53,563 nucleotides of DNA from a virus (lineage: Duplodnaviria > Caudoviricetes). Location of the stretch: IMG/VR virus record IMGVR_UViG_3300006128_000015, positions 1 to 53,563 of that record. The stretch is one strand, 5' to 3'. A model generated the notes under the pieces. It made no database searches. It was not told where the DNA came from and saw nothing but the letters and a program-made list of their open reading frames with translations. Each line of letters starts with the position of its first letter. Position 1 is the stretch's first letter. This document shows positions 1 to 9,337 of this stretch, piece after piece. A program made the translations under genes and the position numbers.

Positions 1-70
1 AGGAGTGTGGACGCGAATACCAGCGCCCCGCCCCACCCGCGATCTGCCGGGCTTTGGGGAGTGAGGGGTG

Positions 71-214
71 ATGACATGGCTTCGCTGGCAAATATCGCTT
101 GCCGCATGGTGGCTCTGGCTTAAGGTGACTCCAGAGAGCCCATTCAAGGCCGACATCGTGGATGCAGTATGCGCGCTTAGGCGGCTTTATCCGAAAAAGG
201 AACAACCCCAATGA
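71..214 (+). CDS. small hypothetical protein (47 aa, Trp-rich N-terminus)
   Basis: Not in the ORF track. Read manually as MTWLRWQISLAAWWLWLK...; GAGGGG upstream; ATGA overlap with the next ORF. Confidence 0.55.
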   Translation: MTWLRWQISLAAWWLWLKVTPESPFKADIVDAVCALRRLYPKKEQPQ

Positions 215-471
215 CCAATGACATTACACAAGCGGATGTGGACGCAGCCGTTGATTGGTACGCACCACGGCGGGGCAGGCGATCCCTATTGGCGGAATCC
301 TTCGCCGCTCACCGCCAAGCCGCCGAGCGTAAGCAAATCTTAATGTCGGAAGCATACCGCGAAGGTGTGCGCGCTGAACGGGATAGGATTGTGGAGTTTA
401 TCCGCAGCCGAGACAATTATGACTTTGACGACTTGGCGCACGATATTGCCGCAGGGGAGCACATGAAATGA
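211..471 (+). CDS. hypothetical phage protein
   Basis: AAGGA RBS; ATGA coupling on both sides. Confidence 0.75.
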   Translation: MTNDITQADVDAAVDWYAPRRGRRSLLAESFAAHRQAAERKQILMSEAYREGVRAERDRIVEFIRSRDNYDFDDLAHDIAAGEHMK

Positions 472-860
472 CTGACACCAACTACGGCACGTTCGTGCCC
501 ATCAAAAATGAAATAAACTATGCCATCACCTTCGCGAAACCTCCCGAGTGGTCAATATCGTTCAAACCAAACGGCACCATTGAGATGTCCGACAGTTTAA
601 GGGATCAGCCGGAAGAAGCAGCGCGCAAGTTTCTTGAACATCTCCAGAACCAATTTGCTCACATGGTTGGGGCCGCTCATGTTGAAGGCGTGAAGATGGG
701 GCTGGAGGCTGCGGCGAAGGCTGCTGACGAAAGCATTGATGCGCTATCTGACGATTGCTGCCTTGACCATGTGGGCGATGCTGTTGCCGCCATCCGCAAT
801 CTCGATGCGGAGGCTATTGTGAGGGAGGGAAATGACCCAACCCCAATACGGCGGCAATAA
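468..860 (+). CDS. hypothetical phage protein
   Basis: GGGGAG RBS; ATGA overlap with the previous ORF. Confidence 0.75.
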   Translation: MTDTNYGTFVPIKNEINYAITFAKPPEWSISFKPNGTIEMSDSLRDQPEEAARKFLEHLQNQFAHMVGAAHVEGVKMGLEAAAKAADESIDALSDDCCLDHVGDAVAAIRNLDAEAIVREGNDPTPIRRQ

Positions 861-877
861 GATAAGAAGGACGATTA

Positions 878-1186
878 ATGCCCGGAAACAAGAAAACCGC
901 AGAATGTTCCGTCTGTCAGAAACCTGTCGTACCCAATAAGACCGGGTTGTGTAGTCATCATGCACACCTAGACCCTGACATTCGTGCGGCCCGCGCCGAA
1001 CGGATGCGACAGCGTTGGTTGAATGGGCCCACGGCGCAGTTCCGTCGTGGTGGCGGGCATGTGAAGCTGGACGACATCCCTGCAGAAATGCTTGACGACT
1101 ATCGCAACCTGGCACGCAAGAGGTTTCGAGCTAACGACGCACGTAAGATACTGGGGCTGCCACCAAGGAAAGTAAGGAGCAAATGA
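878..1186 (+). CDS. small basic protein with a putative Zn-binding motif
   Basis: CSVC...CSHH; AAGGA RBS; overlaps the polymerase start. Confidence 0.7.
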   Translation: MPGNKKTAECSVCQKPVVPNKTGLCSHHAHLDPDIRAARAERMRQRWLNGPTAQFRRGGGHVKLDDIPAEMLDDYRNLARKRFRANDARKILGLPPRKVRSK

Positions 1187-3012
1187 TGGATATTATTACG
1201 GCGGATTTTGAAACGGCCTACTCCAAAGACTATTCATTAACTAAGGTAACCACTGAAGAATATATCCGCCACCCGGACTTCGAGGTGATTGGTGTAGCTG
1301 TGCAGGTTAACGACGGCGAGCCGCAGTGGTTCAGTGGGACCAAGGAGAATACCAAAGAATGGCTGGACCAGTTTGACTGGGGTAACTCCGTCGTTATCGC
1401 GCACAACGCCATGTTTGATGTGGCTATCCTTAGCTGGCATTTTGATATTAAGCCTAAGCGTATTGCAGACACGCTAAGTATGGCACGAGCGTTGCACGGT
1501 GCGGAAGGCATATCACTGTCACTCAAAAGCCTAGCAGAATATTACAAGCTCGGGATCAAGGGCGACGAGGTGCTTAACGCGCTAGGCAAACGCCGTATAG
1601 ATTTTAACAAGTGGGACTTGGCCGCCTACGGCAGCTACTGCTGCAATGACGTTGCGCTTACATACGCGCTGTTTGCAAAACTAGCGCCACAACTACCACC
1701 AACAGAAATGCGGCTAATCGACCTGACTATCCGTATGTTTTCAGAACCGGTGCTGGTCTTATATGAAGGGGGTTTAGCAGACCATCTGGAGAGCGTGAAG
1801 GACAAGAAGGCCGCGCTCATGGAGCTCGTGGACGCCGAGAAAACTGACATCATGTCTAACCCGAAGTTGGCGGGCCTGCTCCGCGATATGGGTGTCGAGC
1901 CGCCGATGAAAACTAGCCCCACGACGGGCAAAGAGACTTACGCTTTCGCTAAGAACGACGAGGCGTTTAAAGAGCTACTGGAGCATGAGAACCCCGCAGT
2001 GCAGGCGCTGGTTGCGGCTAGGCTGGGCGTTAAATCGACCCTCGAAGAAACCCGGACGCAGAGGTTTATCGACATTGCGAAGCGCGGGCGGCTACCAATT
2101 CCCCTACGCTACTACGCCGCACACACCGGGCGTTTTGGCGGCGACGACAAAATTAACATGCAAAATATTCCTCGGGGCTCGCCGCTCAAACATTGTATCG
2201 TTGCACCGTTGGGGCAGCTGTTGATTGACTGTGACTCGTCGCAGATTGAAGCGCGCACACTTGCATGGCTGGCGGGACAGGATGACTTGGTGCAAGCGTT
2301 CGAGAACGGGGAGGACGTATATAAGATTATGGCGTCTTCGATATATGGCAAGCCGGTAGAAGACATTACCAAGAGTGAACGGTTTGTAGGTAAAACAACG
2401 ATCCTCGGTGCAGGCTACGGGATGGGGGCCAAAAAGTTTCAAGCACAGCTGAAGACATTCGGGGTGGATACGGACCTAACCGAATGCGAGCGCATTATCC
2501 GCGTCTACCGAGAGACATATCCAAAAATCCCGGAGCTTTGGGCGCAAGCCGGGCGGGCACTGGAGGCTATGCTACAAAATGCGACTGCACCTATAGGTCG
2601 TGACGGGGTTGTAGAGGTAGTTACATGTAACCGGGTAAAGCTACCTAGCGGTCTGCACATCACCTACCCCAACCTTAGAAAGCAGAGCATGCTGGGGAGC
2701 CAGCATACGGAGACAGTCTACGACACCAAGAAGGGGCGTGCTGTTATCCCTAACCGGATATATGGCGGCAAGATGGTGGAGAATCTGTGCCAAGCGCTCG
2801 CGCGAATTATTATTGCTGAACAGATGCTGATGATTTCCCGTAGGTTCAAAGTAGCTATGACCGTGCACGATAGTGTGGTTGCCGTCATCCCCCAAAATGA
2901 GGTTGACAATGCCAAGGAGTTCGTCGAGACATGTATGCGGATACGGCCTAAATGGGCGATGGGATTGCCTCTCGGCTGTGAGAGCAAGGTAGGAGCAACT
3001 TATGGCGGATGA
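1183..3012 (+). CDS. polA: family A DNA polymerase with 3'-5' exonuclease
   Basis: Exonuclease motifs DFET, HNAMFD and YCCND; HTGRF; motif A DSSQIEAR; motif B RFVGKTTILGAGYG; motif C VHDS. Confidence 0.96.
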   Translation: MMDIITADFETAYSKDYSLTKVTTEEYIRHPDFEVIGVAVQVNDGEPQWFSGTKENTKEWLDQFDWGNSVVIAHNAMFDVAILSWHFDIKPKRIADTLSMARALHGAEGISLSLKSLAEYYKLGIKGDEVLNALGKRRIDFNKWDLAAYGSYCCNDVALTYALFAKLAPQLPPTEMRLIDLTIRMFSEPVLVLYEGGLADHLESVKDKKAALMELVDAEKTDIMSNPKLAGLLRDMGVEPPMKTSPTTGKETYAFAKNDEAFKELLEHENPAVQALVAARLGVKSTLEETRTQRFIDIAKRGRLPIPLRYYAAHTGRFGGDDKINMQNIPRGSPLKHCIVAPLGQLLIDCDSSQIEARTLAWLAGQDDLVQAFENGEDVYKIMASSIYGKPVEDITKSERFVGKTTILGAGYGMGAKKFQAQLKTFGVDTDLTECERIIRVYRETYPKIPELWAQAGRALEAMLQNATAPIGRDGVVEVVTCNRVKLPSGLHITYPNLRKQSMLGSQHTETVYDTKKGRAVIPNRIYGGKMVENLCQALARIIIAEQMLMISRRFKVAMTVHDSVVAVIPQNEVDNAKEFVETCMRIRPKWAMGLPLGCESKVGATYGG

Positions 3013-3256
3013 AATTCACCCTGTAGTGGCATTGTTGGTCGCGCGCCGTGAGTCACACCCGCAAGAGTTTGAAATACTCTATGAAAAGGGATGGAGCGCG
3101 GCGCAAGGGCAGGGGCGCTGGGAGGGTGCGTTGGCTATGCTCGGGTGGTATTTAAACCCCGCAGAACGCGAGCTTCTACATGCGAACCGGAGAGAGCTGA
3201 TATTTGATAAGGTGTATGAGTACGTAGCCGAGCGGCTGCTGGTAGGAGCAGACTAA
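3002..3256 (+). CDS. hypothetical protein, paralog of the next ORF
   Basis: AGGAGC RBS; motif HPVVALLVARRESHPQEF. Confidence 0.8.
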   Translation: MADEIHPVVALLVARRESHPQEFEILYEKGWSAAQGQGRWEGALAMLGWYLNPAERELLHANRRELIFDKVYEYVAERLLVGAD

Positions 3257-3705
3257 TGGATGAAGAAGAAACCCAAGAACACCCCGAGCAGGAGGTTCAC
3301 CCCGCAGTTCAACTTTTGCTGGCGCGGATGGACAGCCACCCCGAGGAGTTTAAGAGCGGCGGCACGTGGCATAGGTATTTCGAGCCCTACAAGGGCTACT
3401 GGAACGCCACCGAGAAGAAGCTCTTCAAGGCCAAGCAGCGTGAAATCCATATGCAGGCTATGCACGAAGAAGTGATGAAGAAGCTGTTTGGGGGGCCGAA
3501 ACAGGACCTTAACGAAGGTGTGTTGGAGTCGGTTACGCGCAATATTAAAAAGAACGCGGTCTACATCAGCCAACTTCAAGCCACGCAACAACAAGCAAAC
3601 GCGGCAATGTTAAATGCATTTAACACCAATACATACACTTTCCCCACCGACCCCATCCCGCAAAAACCCGGCCTTCTAGGCACGCTCAAAGGACTCATTA
3701 AGTGA
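3256..3705 (+). CDS. hypothetical protein, paralog of the previous ORF
   Basis: AGGAGC RBS; motif HPAVQLLLARMDSHPEEF; TAATG overlap. Confidence 0.8.
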   Translation: MDEEETQEHPEQEVHPAVQLLLARMDSHPEEFKSGGTWHRYFEPYKGYWNATEKKLFKAKQREIHMQAMHEEVMKKLFGGPKQDLNEGVLESVTRNIKKNAVYISQLQATQQQANAAMLNAFNTNTYTFPTDPIPQKPGLLGTLKGLIK

Positions 3706-4475
3706 CCAAGAAGAAACCAGTGACACCGAAGCCTAAGTCGGTTATTATCGCTACGCCTATGTACGGCGGCATGTGCGCCGGTATGTATGTTCATGGTCTG
3801 CTGACTACAGCGGACAAGATGCGCAGTAAGGGCATCAACGTGGGCTTCCTGCACATGTCCAATGAGAGCTTGATTACGCGTGCCCGCAATGAGTTGGTTC
3901 GCGTATTCTTGGAAGGGCAGAATGACTACCTCATGTTCATTGACGCCGACATCGGGTTCGATGGCGAGGCTGTAGCTGCGCTTGTTGATGCAGACGTGGA
4001 TATCGCATGCGGTATCTACCCCAAGAAGGAGATCGACTGGAAACAAATTGAAGCAGCAGCCAAGCGCGGCGAAGAAGGGTTGGAAGACTTCGGAGGCGCA
4101 TTTGTGCTGAATATGGCTGGTGACACCAGTGCCGAGACAAACGAAAAAGGGCTGATCGAAGTCCGCCACGGTGGCACGGGCTTCATGCTCATCAAGAGGA
4201 GGGTCTTCGAAGACCTCGCACCCCATGTGCACACGTACCGCATATCGTCTGTTATTGATGAAACATCAGGAGAACCAAGCAAACCACTTACACATGAATA
4301 CTTCGCTACCTCCATCGACCACAACGGAGTGCTTCTCTCAGAGGACTACCACTTCTGCGAGCTGTGGAGAAAGCATGGTGGGAAAATCTACGCCAACCCA
4401 TTCATAAAATTGTACCATGTTGGTACCTACGTCTACCAAGGAAACATCCTGCGGTCAGGCGGCAACCTCAAGTAA
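3702..4475 (+). CDS. GT-A fold (GT2-like) glycosyltransferase
   Basis: IIATPMY, ESLITRARN, FIDADI (DxD), GTGFMLIKR, SEDYHFC. Confidence 0.8.
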   Translation: MTKKKPVTPKPKSVIIATPMYGGMCAGMYVHGLLTTADKMRSKGINVGFLHMSNESLITRARNELVRVFLEGQNDYLMFIDADIGFDGEAVAALVDADVDIACGIYPKKEIDWKQIEAAAKRGEEGLEDFGGAFVLNMAGDTSAETNEKGLIEVRHGGTGFMLIKRRVFEDLAPHVHTYRISSVIDETSGEPSKPLTHEYFATSIDHNGVLLSEDYHFCELWRKHGGKIYANPFIKLYHVGTYVYQGNILRSGGNLK

Positions 4476-4487
4476 GGAGCAAATACC

Positions 4488-4925
4488 GTGGCTAGTAAAT
4501 ACAGCAGCGTTCGCAAGTACAACAAAAGCGGACACATCAAGGACTTCATTCAACGGAACCCTAACATAGCGCCCGTCATTGTGGCCCAGAAGTTTGGTAT
4601 CAAAGTGTCGTCCGTGTATAAGTACCGCAGCGCCGTTAACAAGGAGAAGCCTATCCTGCATCTTGTGCCGAACATGGAAGCAAAGGAAGACGGGGGCACC
4701 CAAGTGATCGAGACCGAAGCAGTTAATCATCCGCCCCACTACACAGACGGCGGCATTGAGACTATCGAGTTCATTCGTGCCAAGCTGACGCCGGAAGAGT
4801 TCCGTGGTTACTGTGTTGGCAACGCCCTCAAGTATTTGAGTCGCGCCGGTAAGAAGGGCGATGCATCGGAAGACCGCCGTAAGGCCGTCTGGTATCTGAG
4901 CTACCTTGAGGACCACACTGCGTGA
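4488..4925 (+). CDS. DUF3310 (SaV-like / T7 gp1.7-related) protein with an HTH-like N-terminal extension
   Basis: VNHPPHY...IETIEFI...GNALKYLSRAGKK...EDRRKAVWYL is the typical DUF3310 pattern. Confidence 0.85.
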   Translation: MASKYSSVRKYNKSGHIKDFIQRNPNIAPVIVAQKFGIKVSSVYKYRSAVNKEKPILHLVPNMEAKEDGGTQVIETEAVNHPPHYTDGGIETIEFIRAKLTPEEFRGYCVGNALKYLSRAGKKGDASEDRRKAVWYLSYLEDHTA

Positions 4926-5125
4926 CCAAGAACGAACGTAAGAACGCTCGCCTCGCAGAAGTGGCTAGGACTAAACTAGCGGCGCTAGATGATAAAGTAC
5001 TAGAGCGCCGCAAAGAAGAAGTAGAGCGGCAGCGAAAAGAACGTGAAGCGCTCTTGCTGCAGCAGGAAAAAGAGAAATACGGGTTAATTAAGCAGTATAA
5101 ACCCCTGAGCGAGATGGTGGCGTAA
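4922..5125 (+). CDS. small coiled-coil hypothetical protein
   Basis: GAGGA RBS; GTGA overlap; charged helical sequence. Confidence 0.7.
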   Translation: MTKNERKNARLAEVARTKLAALDDKVLERRKEEVERQRKEREALLLQQEKEKYGLIKQYKPLSEMVA

Positions 5126-5254
5126 ATGGAGAATCCAGTGCCTTATGTAGTAGCCGCATTCTTTTGCGTTGGCGTGTTTGTGTCTATTGGATGGGCACTG
5201 GATTTTATTATGTCGTTTCTGGAGCGGCTGTTTGATAAGGGGGGCGAACAGTGA
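5126..5254 (+). CDS. small membrane protein (42 aa)
   Basis: Not in the track. Reads MENPVPYVVAAFFCVGVFVSIGWALDFIMSFLERLFDKGGEQ and fills the gap exactly, with a GTGA overlap. Confidence 0.65.
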   Translation: MENPVPYVVAAFFCVGVFVSIGWALDFIMSFLERLFDKGGEQ

Positions 5255-5922
5255 CAGCTTGGTCATACAGCAGCATCAAAACTTTCGACCAATGCCCCAA
5301 GAAGTACTACCACCTTAAAGTAGCTAAAGACGTAAAGGATGTGCCGCATGAGGCGGCAATCTATGGGACTGACGTTCATGCGGCGGCTGAAGAATATGTT
5401 AAGAACGGTACACCCGTGCCAAAGAAGTACTCGGTTATCGCCCCTCTGGTAGAGACTCTTGCTAAGTTTCCCGGGGACAAATACACAGAACTTAAACTAG
5501 GTTTGGAGCAAACTTGTGGTGGGTATTCTGGATGCGACTTCTTTGCTGATAGTGTTTGGTACCGTGGCATCGTTGATCTACTTATTGTTAACGGAACCAC
5601 CGCACACTTGATAGACTACAAAACCGGGAAGAACGCAAAGTACGCCGACATGAAACAGCTGGACCTTATGGCCGGTGCCGTGTTCGTGCACTTCCCGGAA
5701 GTAGAGAAGATCAAGTCTGCACTAGCATACGTAGTTAGCGACGAGTTCATCAAGAAGACACACACCAAGGAAAACCTTGAAACCTACCTATCCGTGTTTG
5801 CTCCGCAGCTGGAAGCATTGGACGCCGCCCATGAAAATGGTGTATGGAATCCAAAGAGCAGCCCGTTGTGTGGTTGGTGCCCCGTTGAGGAGTGCCCGCA
5901 CTGGAGGCCACGGAGGCGGTGA
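5251..5922 (+). CDS. PD-(D/E)XK Cas4/RecB-like exonuclease
   Basis: WSYSSIKTFDQCP, GIVD...IDYKTG, QLDLMA, C-terminal CGWCP..ECP (four Cys, Fe-S staple pattern). Confidence 0.88.
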   Translation: MTAWSYSSIKTFDQCPKKYYHLKVAKDVKDVPHEAAIYGTDVHAAAEEYVKNGTPVPKKYSVIAPLVETLAKFPGDKYTELKLGLEQTCGGYSGCDFFADSVWYRGIVDLLIVNGTTAHLIDYKTGKNAKYADMKQLDLMAGAVFVHFPEVEKIKSALAYVVSDEFIKKTHTKENLETYLSVFAPQLEALDAAHENGVWNPKSSPLCGWCPVEECPHWRPRRR

Positions 5923-6224
5923 TGGCTAAGAAACGCGATTATACCCATTCGGATCAGTGGGAGGATAGCCCCCAGCAGGTGAAGAACCGCGAGATGCGCA
6001 ACGCCGCCCGACGGGAGCTGGCGCGCAAGGGGAAGGTCCGCAAGGGCGATGGCAAAGATGTGGACCATAAGAAGATGCTCGCTATGGGCGGCAAAAATGT
6101 TGGCAGCAACCTGCGGGTTGTGACCGAACGCGAGAACAGGTCTTTCCCACGCAACCCCAACAACACGCCGAAAAATAACGGTAAGGGGCCCGCCGAGCGC
6201 AAAAGCACAAAACGCGGTAAATAA
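5922..6224 (+). CDS. small HNH(N)-type endonuclease-like protein
   Basis: KGDGKDVDH...GG.N..SNLRV....NRS; likely start is ATG 5922 (TGATG overlap, GGAGG upstream). Confidence 0.75.
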   Translation: MAKKRDYTHSDQWEDSPQQVKNREMRNAARRELARKGKVRKGDGKDVDHKKMLAMGGKNVGSNLRVVTERENRSFPRNPNNTPKNNGKGPAERKSTKRGK

Positions 6225-6241
6225 CCGCACAAGGAGCAAAC

Positions 6242-7801
6242 GTGCAAATCATCGACGATAAAGTCCTGCTAGTCAGGACAAGCCGACCCGACCTTATCAC
6301 GGACAATATTAAAAAGAGCGCACTGCTCGAAGAGCATAACGGCATATTCAAAGTAGCGGTGCACTGGGGACTAAAGGAAGCCGAAGCGCTGGCTAAGCTC
6401 AGGGTAGAAGACGACGTCCCGTCGCCCCTGCTACGGGACTATAAGTGGACAGGTAAGCATAAACCGTTTGAACACCAAAAAACCACGGCATCATTTCTGT
6501 CGCTCCATCGGCGGGCGTTTTGTTTCAGTGAGGCCGGGACGGGTAAAACTGCCAGCGTAATCTGGGCCGCTGACTATCTGATGAAGCTGGGCTTGGTCAA
6601 GCGCGTGTTGGTGTTATGCCCGTTGTCGATTATGAAGGCTGCATGGCAGCGGGATTTGTTTACGTTTGCAATGCATCGTAGTTGTTGCGTGGCCCACGGT
6701 TCGGCTGAACAGCGCAAGAAAGCTATCGCTACCGGCTGCGAGTTCCTGATTATCAATTACGACGGGGTGGCTGTGGTGAAGGACGAGATTGCCGCTGGCG
6801 GCTTTGACTTGATCGTGGTGGACGAAGCAAACAGCCTGAAGAATGCCCAGACTAACCGCTGGAAGGTATTTAACCAGCTAGTTAAGGCTACCCTGCCGAG
6901 ACTATGGATGCTTACGGGTACACCCGCCGCGCAGTCTCCGGTTGATGCTTATGGCCTAGCCAAGCTAGTGAACCCCGAAGGGTGCCCACGTACATTCGCG
7001 GAATTTAGGGACTCCGTGCTTCGCAAGGTGACGCAGTTTAAATGGGTACCTAAACCAGACGCGCCCACGCGCGTACACAACTTGCTCCAACCCGCGATAA
7101 GGTTCGAGAAGAAAGATTGTTTGGACCTACCCGAAGTCATACATGTTCACCGAGATGCACCGCTAACGTCGCAGCAGATGGCGTACTACAAGAAGCTCAA
7201 GAACGATATGAGTTTCGAGGCAGACGGGGAGCGCATCAGTGCGCTGAACGCAGCGACCAATATTAACAAGCTACTGCAGATCAGCGGCGGGGCTGTTTAC
7301 ACGGATGATCGGGGCGTCGTTGAGTTTGACGTTAGCAACCGCCTGAACGCCGTTCTGGAAGTTATCGAGGAAGCTAGCCACAAGGTGCTGGTATTTGTGC
7401 CGTTCTCGCACACTATCGAGCTACTTAAGAAGCACTTGGAGAAACATAAAATACCATGTGCGGTCATTAATGGCGATGTATCTTTGAACCGGCGGAGCAG
7501 TTTAGTGGATCGGTTTCAAACCGAGAAAGACCCACACGTACTTATCATACAGCCGCAAGCGGCGAGTCATGGTCTTACGTTGACGGCGGCAGATACTGTC
7601 ATATGGTATGCGCCAGTTACGAGTGTCGAAACTTATTTGCAGGCTAACGCGCGGATTGACCGCCCCGGCCAGAAGAACGCTATGACCATCGTGCATATTA
7701 AGGGTAGCCCGGTGGAAGAGCGGCTCTACGACATGTTGCAGGACAACATTGCTAACCACGAAAAGCTCGTGGATTTATATCAGGCAGTCGTGTCAAATTA
7801 G
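6242..7801 (+). CDS. SNF2-family DNA helicase
   Basis: EAGTGKT, VVDEA, LTGTP, HGLTL, QANARIDRPGQ. Confidence 0.93.
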   Translation: MQIIDDKVLLVRTSRPDLITDNIKKSALLEEHNGIFKVAVHWGLKEAEALAKLRVEDDVPSPLLRDYKWTGKHKPFEHQKTTASFLSLHRRAFCFSEAGTGKTASVIWAADYLMKLGLVKRVLVLCPLSIMKAAWQRDLFTFAMHRSCCVAHGSAEQRKKAIATGCEFLIINYDGVAVVKDEIAAGGFDLIVVDEANSLKNAQTNRWKVFNQLVKATLPRLWMLTGTPAAQSPVDAYGLAKLVNPEGCPRTFAEFRDSVLRKVTQFKWVPKPDAPTRVHNLLQPAIRFEKKDCLDLPEVIHVHRDAPLTSQQMAYYKKLKNDMSFEADGERISALNAATNINKLLQISGGAVYTDDRGVVEFDVSNRLNAVLEVIEEASHKVLVFVPFSHTIELLKKHLEKHKIPCAVINGDVSLNRRSSLVDRFQTEKDPHVLIIQPQAASHGLTLTAADTVIWYAPVTSVETYLQANARIDRPGQKNAMTIVHIKGSPVEERLYDMLQDNIANHEKLVDLYQAVVSN

Positions 7802-7804
7802 TGG

Positions 7805-7833
7805 TTGACACTGTTAAATGTTATGTTTACTAG
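7805..7833 (+). promoter_or_regulatory. sigma70-like promoter
   Basis: TTGACA (7805-7810), 17 bp spacer, TACTAG (7828-7833), in an AT-rich intergenic gap. Confidence 0.65.
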
Positions 7834-7861
7834 TAGCCCCCCAAACCAAGAAGGAGCAAAC

Positions 7862-8266
7862 ATGGGGACCGAACCTACCGTAGATGAGCTGGTCCTCGCC
7901 TACCGCAACCTCAGGGATGCCAAGTACGCGAGTGAGAACAAACATAAGGAGGAAATGAAGGAGTATAACGCACAGCTTGATGCTATCTCGGCGCGCCTAC
8001 TAGAGATTTGTAACGCTCAGAATGTGGACGGTCTTCGGGCTTCCACAGGAACGGTCAGCCGACGCATAGTGACTAAGTATTGGACTAGCGACTGGTCGTC
8101 TATGTACGACTTTATCAAGGACCATAATGCTTTTTATCTTCTGGAGCAGCGCCTTAGCAACGGCAATATGAAGCAGTTCCTAGAAGATAACCCGGATGCC
8201 ATGCCCGTCGGCCTCAATGCCGATACTAAGTATACTATCCAAGTTCGTAAACCAACCAGCAAGTAA
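7862..8266 (+). CDS. conserved phage replication-module protein (coiled-coil N-terminus)
   Basis: Start moved to ATG 7862, which follows GAAGGAGCAAAC; lies between the helicase and the SSB. Confidence 0.8.
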   Translation: MGTEPTVDELVLAYRNLRDAKYASENKHKEEMKEYNAQLDAISARLLEICNAQNVDGLRASTGTVSRRIVTKYWTSDWSSMYDFIKDHNAFYLLEQRLSNGNMKQFLEDNPDAMPVGLNADTKYTIQVRKPTSK

Positions 8267-8276
8267 GGAGCAGACT

Positions 8277-8441
8277 ATGTACGGAGAAGTAGAAGATGGG
8301 TGGGACCCCGTAGGTGCACGAGAGGTTGCGCTGGGGCTGGCATGTGATGTGCTAGCGCCGTGTATGGTTAACCCGGCGGCAGCCGAGATCGTTGAGTTTG
8401 CAGAAGCATTTTATCAGTTCCTCAAAGGAGAAAAGAAGTGA
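8277..8441 (+). CDS. small hypothetical protein (54 aa)
   Basis: ATG 8277 follows AAGGAGCAGAC; GTGA overlap with the next ORF. Confidence 0.7.
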   Translation: MYGEVEDGWDPVGAREVALGLACDVLAPCMVNPAAAEIVEFAEAFYQFLKGEKK

Positions 8442-9337
8442 GCACTAACCTGTCCATCTTTAAGAACCCTAACGCCGTTGTCGCGGCTTCGGGCCGCACG
8501 TCCGCACTTGCCCAACAGATTGCCTCTGGTTCGGGTGGTATCCGCCGCATCACGACCGCCACGGGCGGCACGTTCAAGCGCATCGTGAATGGCGAACAGA
8601 TTGGTAAGGCTATCCGTGGCGAGTTCAACGCCATCATTGTGCACCAGATGCCCAAGGTCAGCCGCGAGTTTTACGCGAGCGAGTACGACGCGGATGCCAA
8701 ACCCACACTGCCTGATTGCTGGTCCAACCTAGGTGATCGCCCGGAAAGCAAGGCGGCAAACCCACAGGCAGCCAACTGCACTATGTGCCCGAAGAATGTG
8801 GACGGCTCGGGTGCTAAGGGCAAGGGGCGTGCCTGTCGGTTTAACCGCCGTATCGCTCTCCTGCTTGAGGGGGATGATACGGGCGAGGTCTATCAGCTCA
8901 AAATCCCGGCCAAGTCTTTGTTCGGTAAGGGGGAAGGAAACACCCATCCGTATGAGAGCTATGGCCGTTTTCTCGTGGCGAACGGTTCGGCACCTGATCT
9001 AGTGGTTACCACTATTGCTTATAGCCTCGAAGCAGATACCATGGAGCTTAACTTCACGGCGGCGCGACCCATTACGGACGAGGAATGGGAACTTGTACAG
9101 GCGGCGCAGGCTGACCCCGACACACAGCGGTATGTGTCTCTTACTGTGGCAGAAGCCGACGGGGTATCACGTAAGCCTAGTCCGGCCAAGGTGATTGCCG
9201 CCCCTGTGGAACCCGCTGATGAGGACGACGAGGTGCACGAGCCCAAGGCCGCCAAGCGCGCCCCGAAGGCGGAAGAAGCCCCCAAGCCTAAGGGTGATCT
9301 TGCAGCCATCGTTAATGCTTGGGCTGAGGACGACTAA
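8438..9337 (+). CDS. putative single-stranded DNA-binding protein
   Basis: PDCWS...CTMCP...RAC Cys cluster; flexible linker; acidic/aromatic C-terminus (NAWAEDD); position in the replication module. Confidence 0.65.
   Translation: MSTNLSIFKNPNAVVAASGRTSALAQQIASGSGGIRRITTATGGTFKRIVNGEQIGKAIRGEFNAIIVHQMPKVSREFYASEYDADAKPTLPDCWSNLGDRPESKAANPQAANCTMCPKNVDGSGAKGKGRACRFNRRIALLLEGDDTGEVYQLKIPAKSLFGKGEGNTHPYESYGRFLVANGSAPDLVVTTIAYSLEADTMELNFTAARPITDEEWELVQAAQADPDTQRYVSLTVAEADGVSRKPSPAKVIAAPVEPADEDDEVHEPKAAKRAPKAEEAPKPKGDLAAIVNAWAEDD

Noticed and set aside
5251-5922. Cas4-like gene as part of a CRISPR-Cas system
   Set aside because: It is a solo nuclease in a replication module, which is common in phages; no cas1/cas2 or array is present.
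7805-7861. Track start at TTG 7805 for the 153-aa ORF
   Set aside because: That TTG is the -35 box; the strong RBS points to ATG 7862.
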